DNA of 64,000 bases from Spirochaetia bacterium. Lineage in GTDB: Bacteria > Spirochaetota > Spirochaetia > UBA9216. The stretch covers positions 992,001 to 1,056,000 of the forward strand of contig CAXXYH010000004.1 in assembly GCA_963677925.2 (NCBI GenBank), written 5' to 3'. Made by a program: the position numbers and the translations under genes. The number at the start of each line of letters is the position of its first letter. Position 1 is the stretch's first letter. The notes under the pieces are model-generated. The model saw only the letters and a program-made list of their open reading frames with translations, had not been told where the DNA came from and did not search any database. This document shows, piece by piece, positions 36,102 through 45,638 of this stretch.

Positions 36102-37841
36102 ATGAAATTTGAAGAATTAAATCTACATGAAGACATCATGACGGGCATCAGAGACGCCGGATTTACTGAATGCATGCCCGCACAGGAAAAAACTTTCAAG
36201 GCCGTATTTGAAGGCAAAGATGTCACCGTACAGTCACAGACAGGAACAGGAAAAACAGCGGCCTTCCTCATTTCCATTTATCAGTTATTTTTATCAGACA
36301 GCGTTGAAAAGAAAAAAGCATTGATCATTGTCCCTACCAGAGAATTAGCCGTACAGATTGAAGAGGAATCTGAAATTTTGGGAAAAGCGCTGCAATATAA
36401 AACAGTAAGTATCTACGGCGGAGTAGGATATAAAAAACAGCTTGAAAATCTCAAAGCCGGTGCTGATCTGGTTGTCGGAACACCCGGAAGACTTCTGGAT
36501 CTTGAGAAGTCGAACAGTATAAATTTTAAGGAATTCGGAGTTCTTGTTATTGATGAAGCTGACAGGCTATTTGATATGGGTTTTCTCCCTGATTTAAGGA
36601 AGATGCTCAGGCGGATGCCGCCGCCGGCAGAAAGACGTACTATGCTTTTCAGTGCTACACTGAATACCAGAGTGCTCAATCTTGCATGGGATCAGATGAA
36701 TGAATATGAAGAGATTAAAATTGAGCCTGAAAAGATGACTGTAGAGGAAATCAGTCAGGAACTATATCACGTTGCCTCTCATGAAAAATTCAATCTTCTG
36801 CTTGGTATTTTAAAAAAAGAATCTTTTGAGAATATGATTATATTCTGTAATACAAAGCACAAGGCTGTAGAGGTTGCGAAGCGTCTTGAGGTTAACGGCT
36901 ACAAATGTAAATTCCTTATGGGTGATTTGCCCCAGAAGAAAAGGCTGGAAGTCATTCAAAGCATGAAAGCTGGTAACATTCAGATTCTTGTTGCTACCGA
37001 TGTTGCAGCAAGAGGACTCCATGTTGATGATCTTCCTGTTGTAATTAACTATGACCTGCCTGAAGATTATGAAAACTATGTTCACCGAATCGGCCGAACA
37101 GCAAGAGCCGGAAAATCAGGCAGGGCAATCTCACTTGCATGTGAACAGTATGTTTTCCATCTCCCTGCAATTGAAGGCTATATCGGCGATAAGATATCTG
37201 TAATGATTGCAGATGATGATTTATTTGCTGAAGATGCCAGTGCTGATATGAAATTTAATACCAGAATTTATGATGATGAACGCAGAGGCGGCGGATCCAG
37301 AAACAGCAGCCAGCGTAACAGTAGAAATTCCGGACGACGAAATGATTCAAGGGGCGGACGCTCCGGCAGCGGAGGTGGAGGTGATCGACGCAGACGTGAA
37401 GGCTCAGATCGTCCCAGACCCGAAGGGCAGAGAAGAACACCTGAACGAAGCGGTTCCACATCAGGCTATAAAGAAAGAGAAAAAGCAGCGGGTTCCCGAC
37501 CCGGTAACAGGCACAGCGGAAACGGAACCGGCAGCGGGAAAAAAAATTATAACCGAAGAGGCCCGGAGAATAAGAAGAGAGACTTTGTTAAAAAACCCGA
37601 ATCTTCTTCAAGCATGGAAGACAGACTTGCTTACTACAAGGCTAAATACGGTGAAGATTTTAAACCCTCCGAGGAGATGATGAAAAAGTCAGGAGTAAAA
37701 TCAACTCCGAAAAAATCTACTCCAAAGAAATCAGCTCCGAAAAAAAATATGCAGAAGAAACCGGCTGCTCCTGCACCGTCTTCACCGGCAGTACCTGAGA
37801 AAACAGGTTTTTTCAAAAAACTTTTCGGCAAAAAAAAGTAA
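36102..37841 (+). CDS. DEAD-box RNA helicase, RhlB-like, with a long disordered C-terminus
   Basis: QSQTGTGKT, PTRELA, DEAD, SAT, HRIGRTAR, AISLACEQY. Confidence 0.92.
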   Translation: MKFEELNLHEDIMTGIRDAGFTECMPAQEKTFKAVFEGKDVTVQSQTGTGKTAAFLISIYQLFLSDSVEKKKALIIVPTRELAVQIEEESEILGKALQYKTVSIYGGVGYKKQLENLKAGADLVVGTPGRLLDLEKSNSINFKEFGVLVIDEADRLFDMGFLPDLRKMLRRMPPPAERRTMLFSATLNTRVLNLAWDQMNEYEEIKIEPEKMTVEEISQELYHVASHEKFNLLLGILKKESFENMIIFCNTKHKAVEVAKRLEVNGYKCKFLMGDLPQKKRLEVIQSMKAGNIQILVATDVAARGLHVDDLPVVINYDLPEDYENYVHRIGRTARAGKSGRAISLACEQYVFHLPAIEGYIGDKISVMIADDDLFAEDASADMKFNTRIYDDERRGGGSRNSSQRNSRNSGRRNDSRGGRSGSGGGGDRRRREGSDRPRPEGQRRTPERSGSTSGYKEREKAAGSRPGNRHSGNGTGSGKKNYNRRGPENKKRDFVKKPESSSSMEDRLAYYKAKYGEDFKPSEEMMKKSGVKSTPKKSTPKKSAPKKNMQKKPAAPAPSSPAVPEKTGFFKKLFGKKK

Positions 37842-37874
37842 AAATACATTGTTAATCCGTATTATAATCAACGG

Positions 37875-39422
37875 ATGAATACAGAAAAGAAATACATTAT
37901 AGCTGTGGATGCCGGGTCAACGGGTATCCGCAGTATCCTTTTTAATAAATCCGGTGTGATTGTTAAGCGGGAGTATGAAAAAACTCCTGCTGAGCATCCG
38001 GAACCCGGAGCCACCGAGCATGATCCGCAGCTTCTATGGAAAGCCCTTGTAGATACAGTTAATTCAATCTTTGCCGACGGCAGTGTCAAGCCTGAAGAAG
38101 TGGCCGCAATCGGAATAACCAATCAGCGATCCAGTTTCTGTATCTGGGACAGGGAGAGCGGGGAACCTTATACAAAGTTTATTAATTGGCAGGATGTGAG
38201 GGCTGCTGAAACCATTGCCGCAATGAATCGCAACCCTGTCTGGGTTGCGCTTCGGGGCACAATGAAGCTTTTCAGCAGGCTTATAAAAAGTACCATATTG
38301 ATTGCGACATCAATGCTTGTTCTAAATACTGATCATACCATAGGGAAGGTGAGATGGCTTTTCAATGTCAGGCCTGACCTTGAAAAGAAATGCAGATCCG
38401 GTTCGGCGGTTTTCGGGACTATTGATACCTGGTTTATTTACAAGCTGACCGGGGGGAGGAATCATCTCACTGATTACACCAATGCCGCCTCTACTGCAAT
38501 GTTTAACCCATTTGATCTTAAATGGAACAGTATTTATTTGAATATTTTTAAGCTTCCGATGAAAATGCTCCCTGACGTTCTGGATACAAACGGGAACTTC
38601 GGAGTTACTGATAAGGCGCTTTTCGGTGCAGAGATTCCAATAATGGCAGCAGTCGGAGATCAGCAGTCTTCGCTGTTCGGTCATGGATGCTATAACGAGG
38701 GCGATGTTAAATGCTCACTGGGATCCGGCTCCTTTGTCTGCGTAAACGTGGGCAGGAAGGGTAAGGTCTCAAGGCGCGGACTTTTTCCGCTTGTGGCCTG
38801 GGTAATTAACGGTGAACCTACTTACATGCTCGAAGGTCAGGTGGCTACTGCCGGCACACTGATAGACTGGCTTGGTCATGGAATAGGCCTTTCTGATACA
38901 CCTGCTGAGCTGGACAGGCTGGCGGGGGAATGTGAAGATTCAGAAGGCGTTTACTTTGTACCAACTCCTACAGGCATCAGATTTCCGTATTTTGTACCGG
39001 GAGCCAAGGCTTCAATCCTGGGATTGTCGCTGCAGACACACAGAAGACATGTCGCAAGAGCTGTTCTTGAAGGAATAGCATTGAGGGTTGTTGATATCCT
39101 TGAAGGCGTGGAAAAAGATGCTCATACACAGATTAATGAAATAATGACTGACGGCGGGGTCAGTAAATCTGATGTGCTTATGCAGTGTCTTGCCGATTAT
39201 TCAGGCTGCAGGGTTGAGAGGTCTCCCGAGTCGGATATGACGGCTGCCGGAGCTGCGTACCTTGCCGGTCTTTCCTGCGGTTTCTGGGAGGATTACAGGG
39301 AGCTGCTGTCCATGCATCGCGGATATGTAAGTTTTAAACCCTTCATTTCAGAAAAGCAGCGTTATGAAAAGATTCGTCACTGGAAAGAGATACTGAAAGA
39401 ACTTTTGAAGATTAAACTATGA
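37875..39422 (+). CDS. FGGY family kinase, glycerol kinase / GK5-like
   Basis: DAGSTG, IGITNQR, WQD.R, GTIDTW, GDQQ, DGG.S. Confidence 0.85.
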   Translation: MNTEKKYIIAVDAGSTGIRSILFNKSGVIVKREYEKTPAEHPEPGATEHDPQLLWKALVDTVNSIFADGSVKPEEVAAIGITNQRSSFCIWDRESGEPYTKFINWQDVRAAETIAAMNRNPVWVALRGTMKLFSRLIKSTILIATSMLVLNTDHTIGKVRWLFNVRPDLEKKCRSGSAVFGTIDTWFIYKLTGGRNHLTDYTNAASTAMFNPFDLKWNSIYLNIFKLPMKMLPDVLDTNGNFGVTDKALFGAEIPIMAAVGDQQSSLFGHGCYNEGDVKCSLGSGSFVCVNVGRKGKVSRRGLFPLVAWVINGEPTYMLEGQVATAGTLIDWLGHGIGLSDTPAELDRLAGECEDSEGVYFVPTPTGIRFPYFVPGAKASILGLSLQTHRRHVARAVLEGIALRVVDILEGVEKDAHTQINEIMTDGGVSKSDVLMQCLADYSGCRVERSPESDMTAAGAAYLAGLSCGFWEDYRELLSMHRGYVSFKPFISEKQRYEKIRHWKEILKELLKIKL

Positions 39423-39423
39423 A

Positions 39424-40356
39424 TTAAAAGCGGCAGAACTCTCTGACTGCAGCAGCTACTGCCGCAGTCCTGTTTGAGCCTGCGTTTCTGAATCTGGCGC
39501 GCATGGACCGGGGAGCTTCGTCTACAATCCATCCCGAACCGGCCCATTCGATTAGATCTTCATCGTTATAATCATTTCCAATGGCAAGACATTCTGATGG
39601 TCCGAGCTTGAAACGTTTTGCAAAGCGTTCTGCTGCAGCGGATTTTGAGACATTTCTGCTGAAAACCTCTACCCAGATGCTTTGGTTATCTATTGGTGAT
39701 GTAGTTCTGATTACTGAAGCCTGTGGAAGTGATTCACGCAATCTTGAGACTTCTGCTTCCGGAAGGTTTTTATCTTCAGGTTCGGTGAATGGCAGAATTC
39801 CTAAAAGCTGGCAGGGACCGCTGCTGCAGTGCTGCTGAATCGTCTCCAGCTCCGTAAGGTCTCCTTCGGGGCTTATTCCTGCAGAAAAATCCCTGTAAGC
39901 GTTGATTCTGCGGTAAAAATCCGGGTTTACAAATCCATTCGCCTTGATATAGATCATATGATGGTTATCCGGAACAGGTTTGTGGATCATAAAATCGATT
40001 CCATCGTTGAAGAATCTTTCTGCCGCGCTGAATGCTGTTTCCGGATCAAGATTCGTTGATTCAATCAGGCGGTAATTCAGCTCTGAAGTGTTTTTCTCGA
40101 AATCATCCATATTCAGCACACCTGCACCGGAAGAAAATATAATGTAATCAGTATAGCTTTGAAGCAGCGGTGAAAAACCGGCGGCTGCCCGCTGAATTGA
40201 AAACAGATTTCTTCCGGTGGCAATGACTGCAAGGTAGCCTGCATCCCGGGCCTTCTGCAGGGTATTGATGTCATCAGGGTGTATCCTGCGATCAGGGCCG
40301 AAAAGAGTTCCGTCAAAATCCAGGAATATAATCCCTTTTGGTTCAGAAGATTTCAT
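39424..40356 (-). CDS. Cof-type HAD-IIB hydrolase
   Basis: DFDGTL, ATGR, SK, GNDYND. Confidence 0.88.
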   Translation of the reverse strand: MKSSEPKGIIFLDFDGTLFGPDRRIHPDDINTLQKARDAGYLAVIATGRNLFSIQRAAAGFSPLLQSYTDYIIFSSGAGVLNMDDFEKNTSELNYRLIESTNLDPETAFSAAERFFNDGIDFMIHKPVPDNHHMIYIKANGFVNPDFYRRINAYRDFSAGISPEGDLTELETIQQHCSSGPCQLLGILPFTEPEDKNLPEAEVSRLRESLPQASVIRTTSPIDNQSIWVEVFSRNVSKSAAAERFAKRFKLGPSECLAIGNDYNDEDLIEWAGSGWIVDEAPRSMRARFRNAGSNRTAAVAAAVREFCRF

Positions 40357-41248
40357 AACTTGTTGTAGTAACCGGGGCTCTCAGGTTGTCGAGAACGCTT
40401 TCAAGAAGTACACCCTCGCGAAGCGGGTATTCATGGCCGAAGCTTGCGCGAATTGCCTGAGAGACAAACTGAACGCCGCGATCCATTGCTATGGGAAGGC
40501 TGTTCCCGTGAAGCAGACTTCCGGTTATGACGCTGGTAAATATATCTCCGGTTCCCGGGAAATAGGCAGGTATATAGGTACACTGAACCTCCCAGAATCT
40601 ATCGGCCTTTTTTTCATATCCCGCGACAGAGGTTGATTCAGGTCTTCCTGCAACAGGAATACTTGTAATTATTACAATTTCCGGTCCGGATTCGGAAAGC
40701 CGTTTTAACCAGGATTTGGTTTTATCCGGGGTAAAGGCTGTCTTTATTTCTTCCGGGTTTTCATCCAGAAGCAGGGCTGCTTCTGTTATATTCGGTGTAA
40801 TGACATGTGCTTTTTTTACAAGATTTTTCATCTCTCTTACCATGTCTGCAGATATAGTTGCGTAGCATATGCCGTCATCGCCCAGAACCGGATCGATAAC
40901 GATAATCTGCTCACGGTTTCTGAAGTCGTCAATAAATCTGCCGACAATATCGACCTGAGCCGGAGACCCCAGGAATCCGCTGTATATTGCATCAAAATGA
41001 ATTTCCAGACTCTTCCAATGAGCTATATATTTTTCCATTTCCGGAGTGAAGTCGACAAAATGATAGCCCTCAAATTCACTTGTATGTGTGGACAGTATAG
41101 CGGTAGGAACCGGGCAAACCTGGATTCCCATTGTCGAGAGAATGGGGATTACTGTAGTTAGTGAAGACCTCCCAAAACCGGAAAGATCATGTATTGCTGC
41201 TGTTCTTGGAACTGGATTTCTGCGGTACATGGATTGAGCATAAAACAA
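40343..41248 (-). CDS. pdxK: Pyridoxal/pyridoxamine kinase
   Basis: HDLSGFGRSS, LSTHT, DPVLGD, TPN.TEA, GTGD.F. Confidence 0.88.
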   Translation of the reverse strand: MFYAQSMYRRNPVPRTAAIHDLSGFGRSSLTTVIPILSTMGIQVCPVPTAILSTHTSEFEGYHFVDFTPEMEKYIAHWKSLEIHFDAIYSGFLGSPAQVDIVGRFIDDFRNREQIIVIDPVLGDDGICYATISADMVREMKNLVKKAHVITPNITEAALLLDENPEEIKTAFTPDKTKSWLKRLSESGPEIVIITSIPVAGRPESTSVAGYEKKADRFWEVQCTYIPAYFPGTGDIFTSVITGSLLHGNSLPIAMDRGVQFVSQAIRASFGHEYPLREGVLLESVLDNLRAPVTTTSYEIF

Positions 41249-41375
41249 ACTGAAGCTCCAGTCAATCTTGCCGATTATAAAAAGGAGGGCAGGGTTTTGT
41301 CTTGAAATTACTTTAAATACCTATTATCCTGATTCTGCATGTATTTGAAGTTCCCTTTACTTTGGAGGGAGAGGA

Positions 41376-42224
41376 ATGTTTGGATTAAAAAAAGATAAAA
41401 GTCAGATTGAGGATCTTCTAAGAGAGATTCGTGCTGAATATGAGACATATATAATAAAATTTAAAAAGACTCAGCGAATTAAGCAGGAATTCGAATACCG
41501 TTACCGCGATGCTGTTGAGTACCGGATGGACCTTCTTCGTTTTCTGAATGCTGAAAGAGAGGCTCTGGCAGCTCTAGTTGCGAAAGCTGAAGCTAAAAAC
41601 CAGCCTGAGAAGACAGTGAAGAATGAAAAGTCTCCGAATCGAACTGCTGTAAATGACCGTGAAAGCCTCTCTGATATTAGCGATGACTCCGGGAAAACGG
41701 AAAAGAGCGCCGAAAAGATAAAAAGCTATGCGGACAGGATGATTGAAGAATTTGCTGCCCGCATCGACAAATATCCTGAAATTATTATTCACAGCGATGC
41801 TTCAAATGAAATGAAGAAGCTCTTCGGGGCGCTTTCCTGTATAGAGAAAGATTACTGGTCACTGGTTGACCGGATTCTGAGAAATCAGAATGGGTCAAGG
41901 CGTTTCTGGGAGTCTGTTGATATTGAACCTGAAATAAACAGGCTCTGCAGACCCGGTCTGGAGGGAATTCCCTCGGCTCTTACAACTTATTACCGTCTGC
42001 TTGAACGTCTTCCGCGCGACTACAATGAAATTGAGCGGGAAGAGAAGCGAAGTCTCCTTGCTGCAGCCTCTCTGCTTAAGAAACTGCAGGATGAAGTAAT
42101 CAGGGCCATAGACGGCGGCAAGGGGCTTGATAAGGACGCTAAGGAACTTCTTTCCGAAGCCCGCGTATATATTGACGGTATGATGGACGATTTCCGGCTT
42201 AAAGATCTTGCACGCCTCACCTGA
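41376..42224 (+). CDS. Hypothetical helical protein
   Basis: 282 aa ORF with a strong GGAGG RBS; no recognised motif. Confidence 0.75.
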   Translation: MFGLKKDKSQIEDLLREIRAEYETYIIKFKKTQRIKQEFEYRYRDAVEYRMDLLRFLNAEREALAALVAKAEAKNQPEKTVKNEKSPNRTAVNDRESLSDISDDSGKTEKSAEKIKSYADRMIEEFAARIDKYPEIIIHSDASNEMKKLFGALSCIEKDYWSLVDRILRNQNGSRRFWESVDIEPEINRLCRPGLEGIPSALTTYYRLLERLPRDYNEIEREEKRSLLAAASLLKKLQDEVIRAIDGGKGLDKDAKELLSEARVYIDGMMDDFRLKDLARLT

Positions 42225-42259
42225 GGCGCACTCACCTGAGGCGCACTCACCTGAGGCGC
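42216..42259. repeat. 15-bp tandem repeat x3 (CTCACCTGAGGCGCA)
   Basis: Units start at 42216, 42231 and 42246; the first contains the TGA stop of the upstream gene. Confidence 0.9.
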
Positions 42260-42306
42260 CCTAACCTTAACTTTCAGTGAAATGCCTCATATTTGAATAC
42301 TTCTTC

Positions 42307-43341
42307 TCAGGGTGAATAGACTTCATCAGTATTTATTTCTCCGAAACTTGAACCGCTGGTAGGTGTTATATGCCAGTCAGCGGAGCTGTCCGTATCTGCA
42401 GGGGATGAACTCCTGCAGATTGATCTTGTTGCGGTTGAATCATCCGGATTTATCCCGTCTTCCGGCAGTGGGTAGTCTGCGTAGCTGCCTGTGGGTGATT
42501 TCCAGCCTTCTTCGGCATATAGCTGCAGAACTTTTTCCAGGGTAGAGCTGCTGCCGAAACCTGAATAGTCTTCATCCGATACTGCGGTTCTATTTGAATA
42601 CATCACCCCGTCCAGAAGCCTTCCGCCGTGTGATGAGTACAGGGTAATCACGCCGTTATTTCCCGACAAACCTCCCCCTCCGGGAACCCAGAAATCCCTT
42701 GCTGTTTCTGATGCATCCAGTCCTCCGGAGTCATCAACAGCTTCCAGTACTTCGTCTTTTTCTTCGGGTATGCCCTGAGGCTTAAAGTGAATTATTATGA
42801 AGTCGCCGCTATTTACTTCGCAGCTCGGGAAAACAAAATTATCATCAGGATCTTCGGGAGTTCCTTCTATAATCCACATTCCTGCGGTGTTGCCGGCAGT
42901 TCTTATGAAAAGTTCGACCATATCAGGGTGAGTTGAAGACCCCTGAGTTATAAATTCATTGATTATAACCTCAGGCAGTCTGGGATTGTAGCCGTAGAAG
43001 GGGGCAATGAAAGACATTGAGTTGCCTTTTTCATCATTGACGGATGCTTCTATGCTGTATTGCTTTCCGGGCTCCTGTTTTTCCGGAAATTCAATCAATA
43101 ATGCCGCTTCATTAACTGTATAAGAAGCCTCTCCGCAGTCAGGGCTTATCACCGGGCTGTTTCCGATTTTGATATTCTCATTGAACAGAAGTTTTATACT
43201 GTTTTCATCTTCGCTGATGAGTTCAAGCAGTTCGGGCGGGTAGAGATCTGTATCTGCAAAATTTCTCAGATCGGTCACCGGTCCGCATGAAATGATTTGA
43301 AGCATGGAAAATAAAGTAGAAAAAACAAGTCCGATTTTCAT
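42307..43341 (-). CDS. Lipoprotein with lamin-tail-like domain
   Basis: Lipobox-like IISC; Ig-like N-terminal part; IINEF...DMVELF and GLSGNNGVITL. Confidence 0.7.
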   Translation of the reverse strand: MKIGLVFSTLFSMLQIISCGPVTDLRNFADTDLYPPELLELISEDENSIKLLFNENIKIGNSPVISPDCGEASYTVNEAALLIEFPEKQEPGKQYSIEASVNDEKGNSMSFIAPFYGYNPRLPEVIINEFITQGSSTHPDMVELFIRTAGNTAGMWIIEGTPEDPDDNFVFPSCEVNSGDFIIIHFKPQGIPEEKDEVLEAVDDSGGLDASETARDFWVPGGGGLSGNNGVITLYSSHGGRLLDGVMYSNRTAVSDEDYSGFGSSSTLEKVLQLYAEEGWKSPTGSYADYPLPEDGINPDDSTATRSICRSSSPADTDSSADWHITPTSGSSFGEINTDEVYSP

Positions 43342-43455
43342 TTATTTGTACTCCCTGTAATTAATTAAATGAAATAATTTCATGCAGCTTCATGTTTGCA
43401 TTCAATTTGTTTTGCGATATACTTGGAGTAATTATTTTTGTAAAAGAGGCTTTTT

Positions 43456-45279
43456 ATGTGCGGAATAGTTGGATACTGCGGAGACAGGGATGCTGCGGGA
43501 ATTCTTGTGGAGGGATTGCGGCGGCTGGAATACAGGGGTTATGATTCAGCGGGAATCAGTGTTGGAAACAACGGAAAACTGACTGTTATTAAAAGGAAAG
43601 GAAAGATCAGTAATCTTCAGGAGATCCTTCCAGCTTCAGTACCCGGAAACTTCGGTATCGGTCATACCCGGTGGGCTACCCACGGCGAGGTTAATGATAC
43701 AAATGCTCATCCGCACTCCAATACAGCAGGTGATATTACAATTGTTCATAATGGAATTATTGAAAATTATATAAGTCTGAGAAATAAACTCGCTGCAGAA
43801 GGTGTTGTATTTAAGACCGAGACCGATTCAGAAGTAATTGCTCATCTGGTAAGTAAATACTATGAGGGCGATCTTGAGAAAGCTGTTAAGACATGCCTTA
43901 AATTTCTTAAAGGAACTTACGGTATTGTAGCAATTCATGCAGATGAACCCGGCCGGCTTATTGGTGCCAGAAACGGTTCTCCACTGGTTTTGGGAATCGG
44001 TGAAGGCGAGATGTTCCTTGCTTCAGATGTAACAGCCATGATGGCATATACCAAGCAGGTTGTTTACATGGAAGACGGTGATGTTGTCGTTGTAGATAAG
44101 AGCGGTTTCAGGACTACTGATATCCGTGATAATGAGAGAGATAAGCAGGTTAGTACTGTAGGCTGGGATGTCGGTGAAATCGAAAAAGACGGTTTTCCTA
44201 CATTCATGGAGAAGGAGATCTTTGAGCAGCCGGAGTCTATCCTGCGCGGTATGAAGGGCCGTCTGGATCAGGACCAGGGTACCGCAAAGCTTGGCGGTCT
44301 GAATCTTTCCACCAAAGAGCTTCGCGTTGTAAACAGGGTAATAATTCTCGCTGCGGGAACCTCTTATTACGCATCAATGGTTTGTGCCCACCTGCTTGAG
44401 AAGATTGCGAGAATTCCCGCCAGCGCCGAACTGAGTTCTGAAATCAGGTATAAGAATCCTATCGTTGAACCGGGAACTCTTTATTTTGTGGTATCGCAGT
44501 CCGGTGAAACTGCCGACTCTCTTTACGCAATGCGTGAGCTTCAGAGAAAGGGTGCTACAGTTCTTGGTATTTGTAATGTTGTAGGCTCAACAATACCGAG
44601 AGAATCTGACGGCGGTGTTTACATTCACAGCGGTCCCGAAATTGCGGTAGCCTCAACCAAGGCCTTTACTTCCCAGATGACCGCAATGTACATGTTCTCA
44701 CTTATAATGGCCAGAATGCGCGATATGTCCCTTGAGGACGGGCAGAAGATTGTAAAGGCCATGTCTTTGGTGCCGGAGCAGATTAATAAGATTTTTGAAC
44801 AGCGCGAAGATATTAAAAAAATTGCTGAAAAATATGCTGACTGCACGTCATTTTTCTTCCTCGGCCGCGGGCTTACTTACCCGATTGCACTTGAAGGAGC
44901 TTTAAAGCTCAAAGAGATATCATATATCCATGCTGAAGGTTATTCTGCCGGAGAGCTCAAGCATGGTCCTATAGCCCTGATAAATGAGGTTACCCCAAGT
45001 GTATTCCTTGTTCCCGATGATCAGCTGAGGGAAAAGGTTATCTCTAATATCAAGGAAGTGAAGGCCAGAAAGGGACCGGTAATTGCAGTAGCGGTTGAAG
45101 GTGATACGGAAGTTGCCGAGATTGTTGATGATGTCATATATGTACCCAAGGCTCATGAACTGATGTATCCGTATCTGATGGTTGTACCACTGCAGCTGTA
45201 CGCATACTTTACGGCTTTAAAGCTTGAAAGAAACGTGGACCAGCCTAGAAACCTCGCAAAATCGGTAACGGTGGAGTAG
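43456..45279 (+). CDS. glmS: Glutamine--fructose-6-phosphate transaminase
   Basis: MCGIVG, GHTRWATHG, SQSGET, VASTKAF, PRNLAKSVTVE. Confidence 0.98.
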   Translation: MCGIVGYCGDRDAAGILVEGLRRLEYRGYDSAGISVGNNGKLTVIKRKGKISNLQEILPASVPGNFGIGHTRWATHGEVNDTNAHPHSNTAGDITIVHNGIIENYISLRNKLAAEGVVFKTETDSEVIAHLVSKYYEGDLEKAVKTCLKFLKGTYGIVAIHADEPGRLIGARNGSPLVLGIGEGEMFLASDVTAMMAYTKQVVYMEDGDVVVVDKSGFRTTDIRDNERDKQVSTVGWDVGEIEKDGFPTFMEKEIFEQPESILRGMKGRLDQDQGTAKLGGLNLSTKELRVVNRVIILAAGTSYYASMVCAHLLEKIARIPASAELSSEIRYKNPIVEPGTLYFVVSQSGETADSLYAMRELQRKGATVLGICNVVGSTIPRESDGGVYIHSGPEIAVASTKAFTSQMTAMYMFSLIMARMRDMSLEDGQKIVKAMSLVPEQINKIFEQREDIKKIAEKYADCTSFFFLGRGLTYPIALEGALKLKEISYIHAEGYSAGELKHGPIALINEVTPSVFLVPDDQLREKVISNIKEVKARKGPVIAVAVEGDTEVAEIVDDVIYVPKAHELMYPYLMVVPLQLYAYFTALKLERNVDQPRNLAKSVTVE

Positions 45280-45302
45280 GTTTCCTGTAACAAATAATTC
45301 AG

Positions 45303-45341
45303 AGAAACTGATTCCCATGGACTGGAATCAGTTTCTTTTTT
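45303..45341 (+). terminator. Intrinsic terminator after glmS
   Basis: AGAAACTGATTCC-loop-GGAATCAGTTTCT followed by a T-run. Confidence 0.85.
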
Positions 45342-45343
45342 GA

Positions 45344-45574
45344 TTATTCCCAAACATCCAGCTTCCGGTTCTTGTAATAATACATACGATCTTTTTCCCC
45401 TATTTCAGCGAATACTTCCTGTAAAAGTTTTTGTCTTTTTTCAATTTCTGTAGGCAAAGTCAGATTGTATTCAATCATCTTATTTTGGTATATATGCTGA
45501 TCTCCCAATAATTCAGGGTCATCGTATCGGTAAGGTAATCCTTCTTTTTTTATTATCCATGGAAAAACCTCCAT
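45344..45574 (-). pseudogene. Internally deleted maltose/galactoside O-acetyltransferase remnant
   Basis: N-terminal Mac-like helix (G.PY..DDPEL...EYN.T.P.E.EKR..LL.E.FAEIGE) joined directly to a family-like C-terminal tail (KDRMYYYKNRK); the hexapeptide core is missing. Confidence 0.7.
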
Positions 45575-45638
45575 AAAGTGATTCTTTCCTTATTATTCAG
45601 CATAAAATTATAAAAAATTGAAAAAAAACTGGCCATAA

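Noticed and set aside
42216-42259. CRISPR array
   Set aside because: 15-bp units are head-to-tail with no spacers, and there are no cas genes.
43342-43455. glmS ribozyme
   Set aside because: The intergenic region is short and AT-rich and lacks the conserved AGCGCC...GACGAGG core.
45235-45345. Tn7-like element at attTn7 downstream of glmS
   Set aside because: No tns genes, TnsB-site arrays or target duplication are visible; the terminator is intact.
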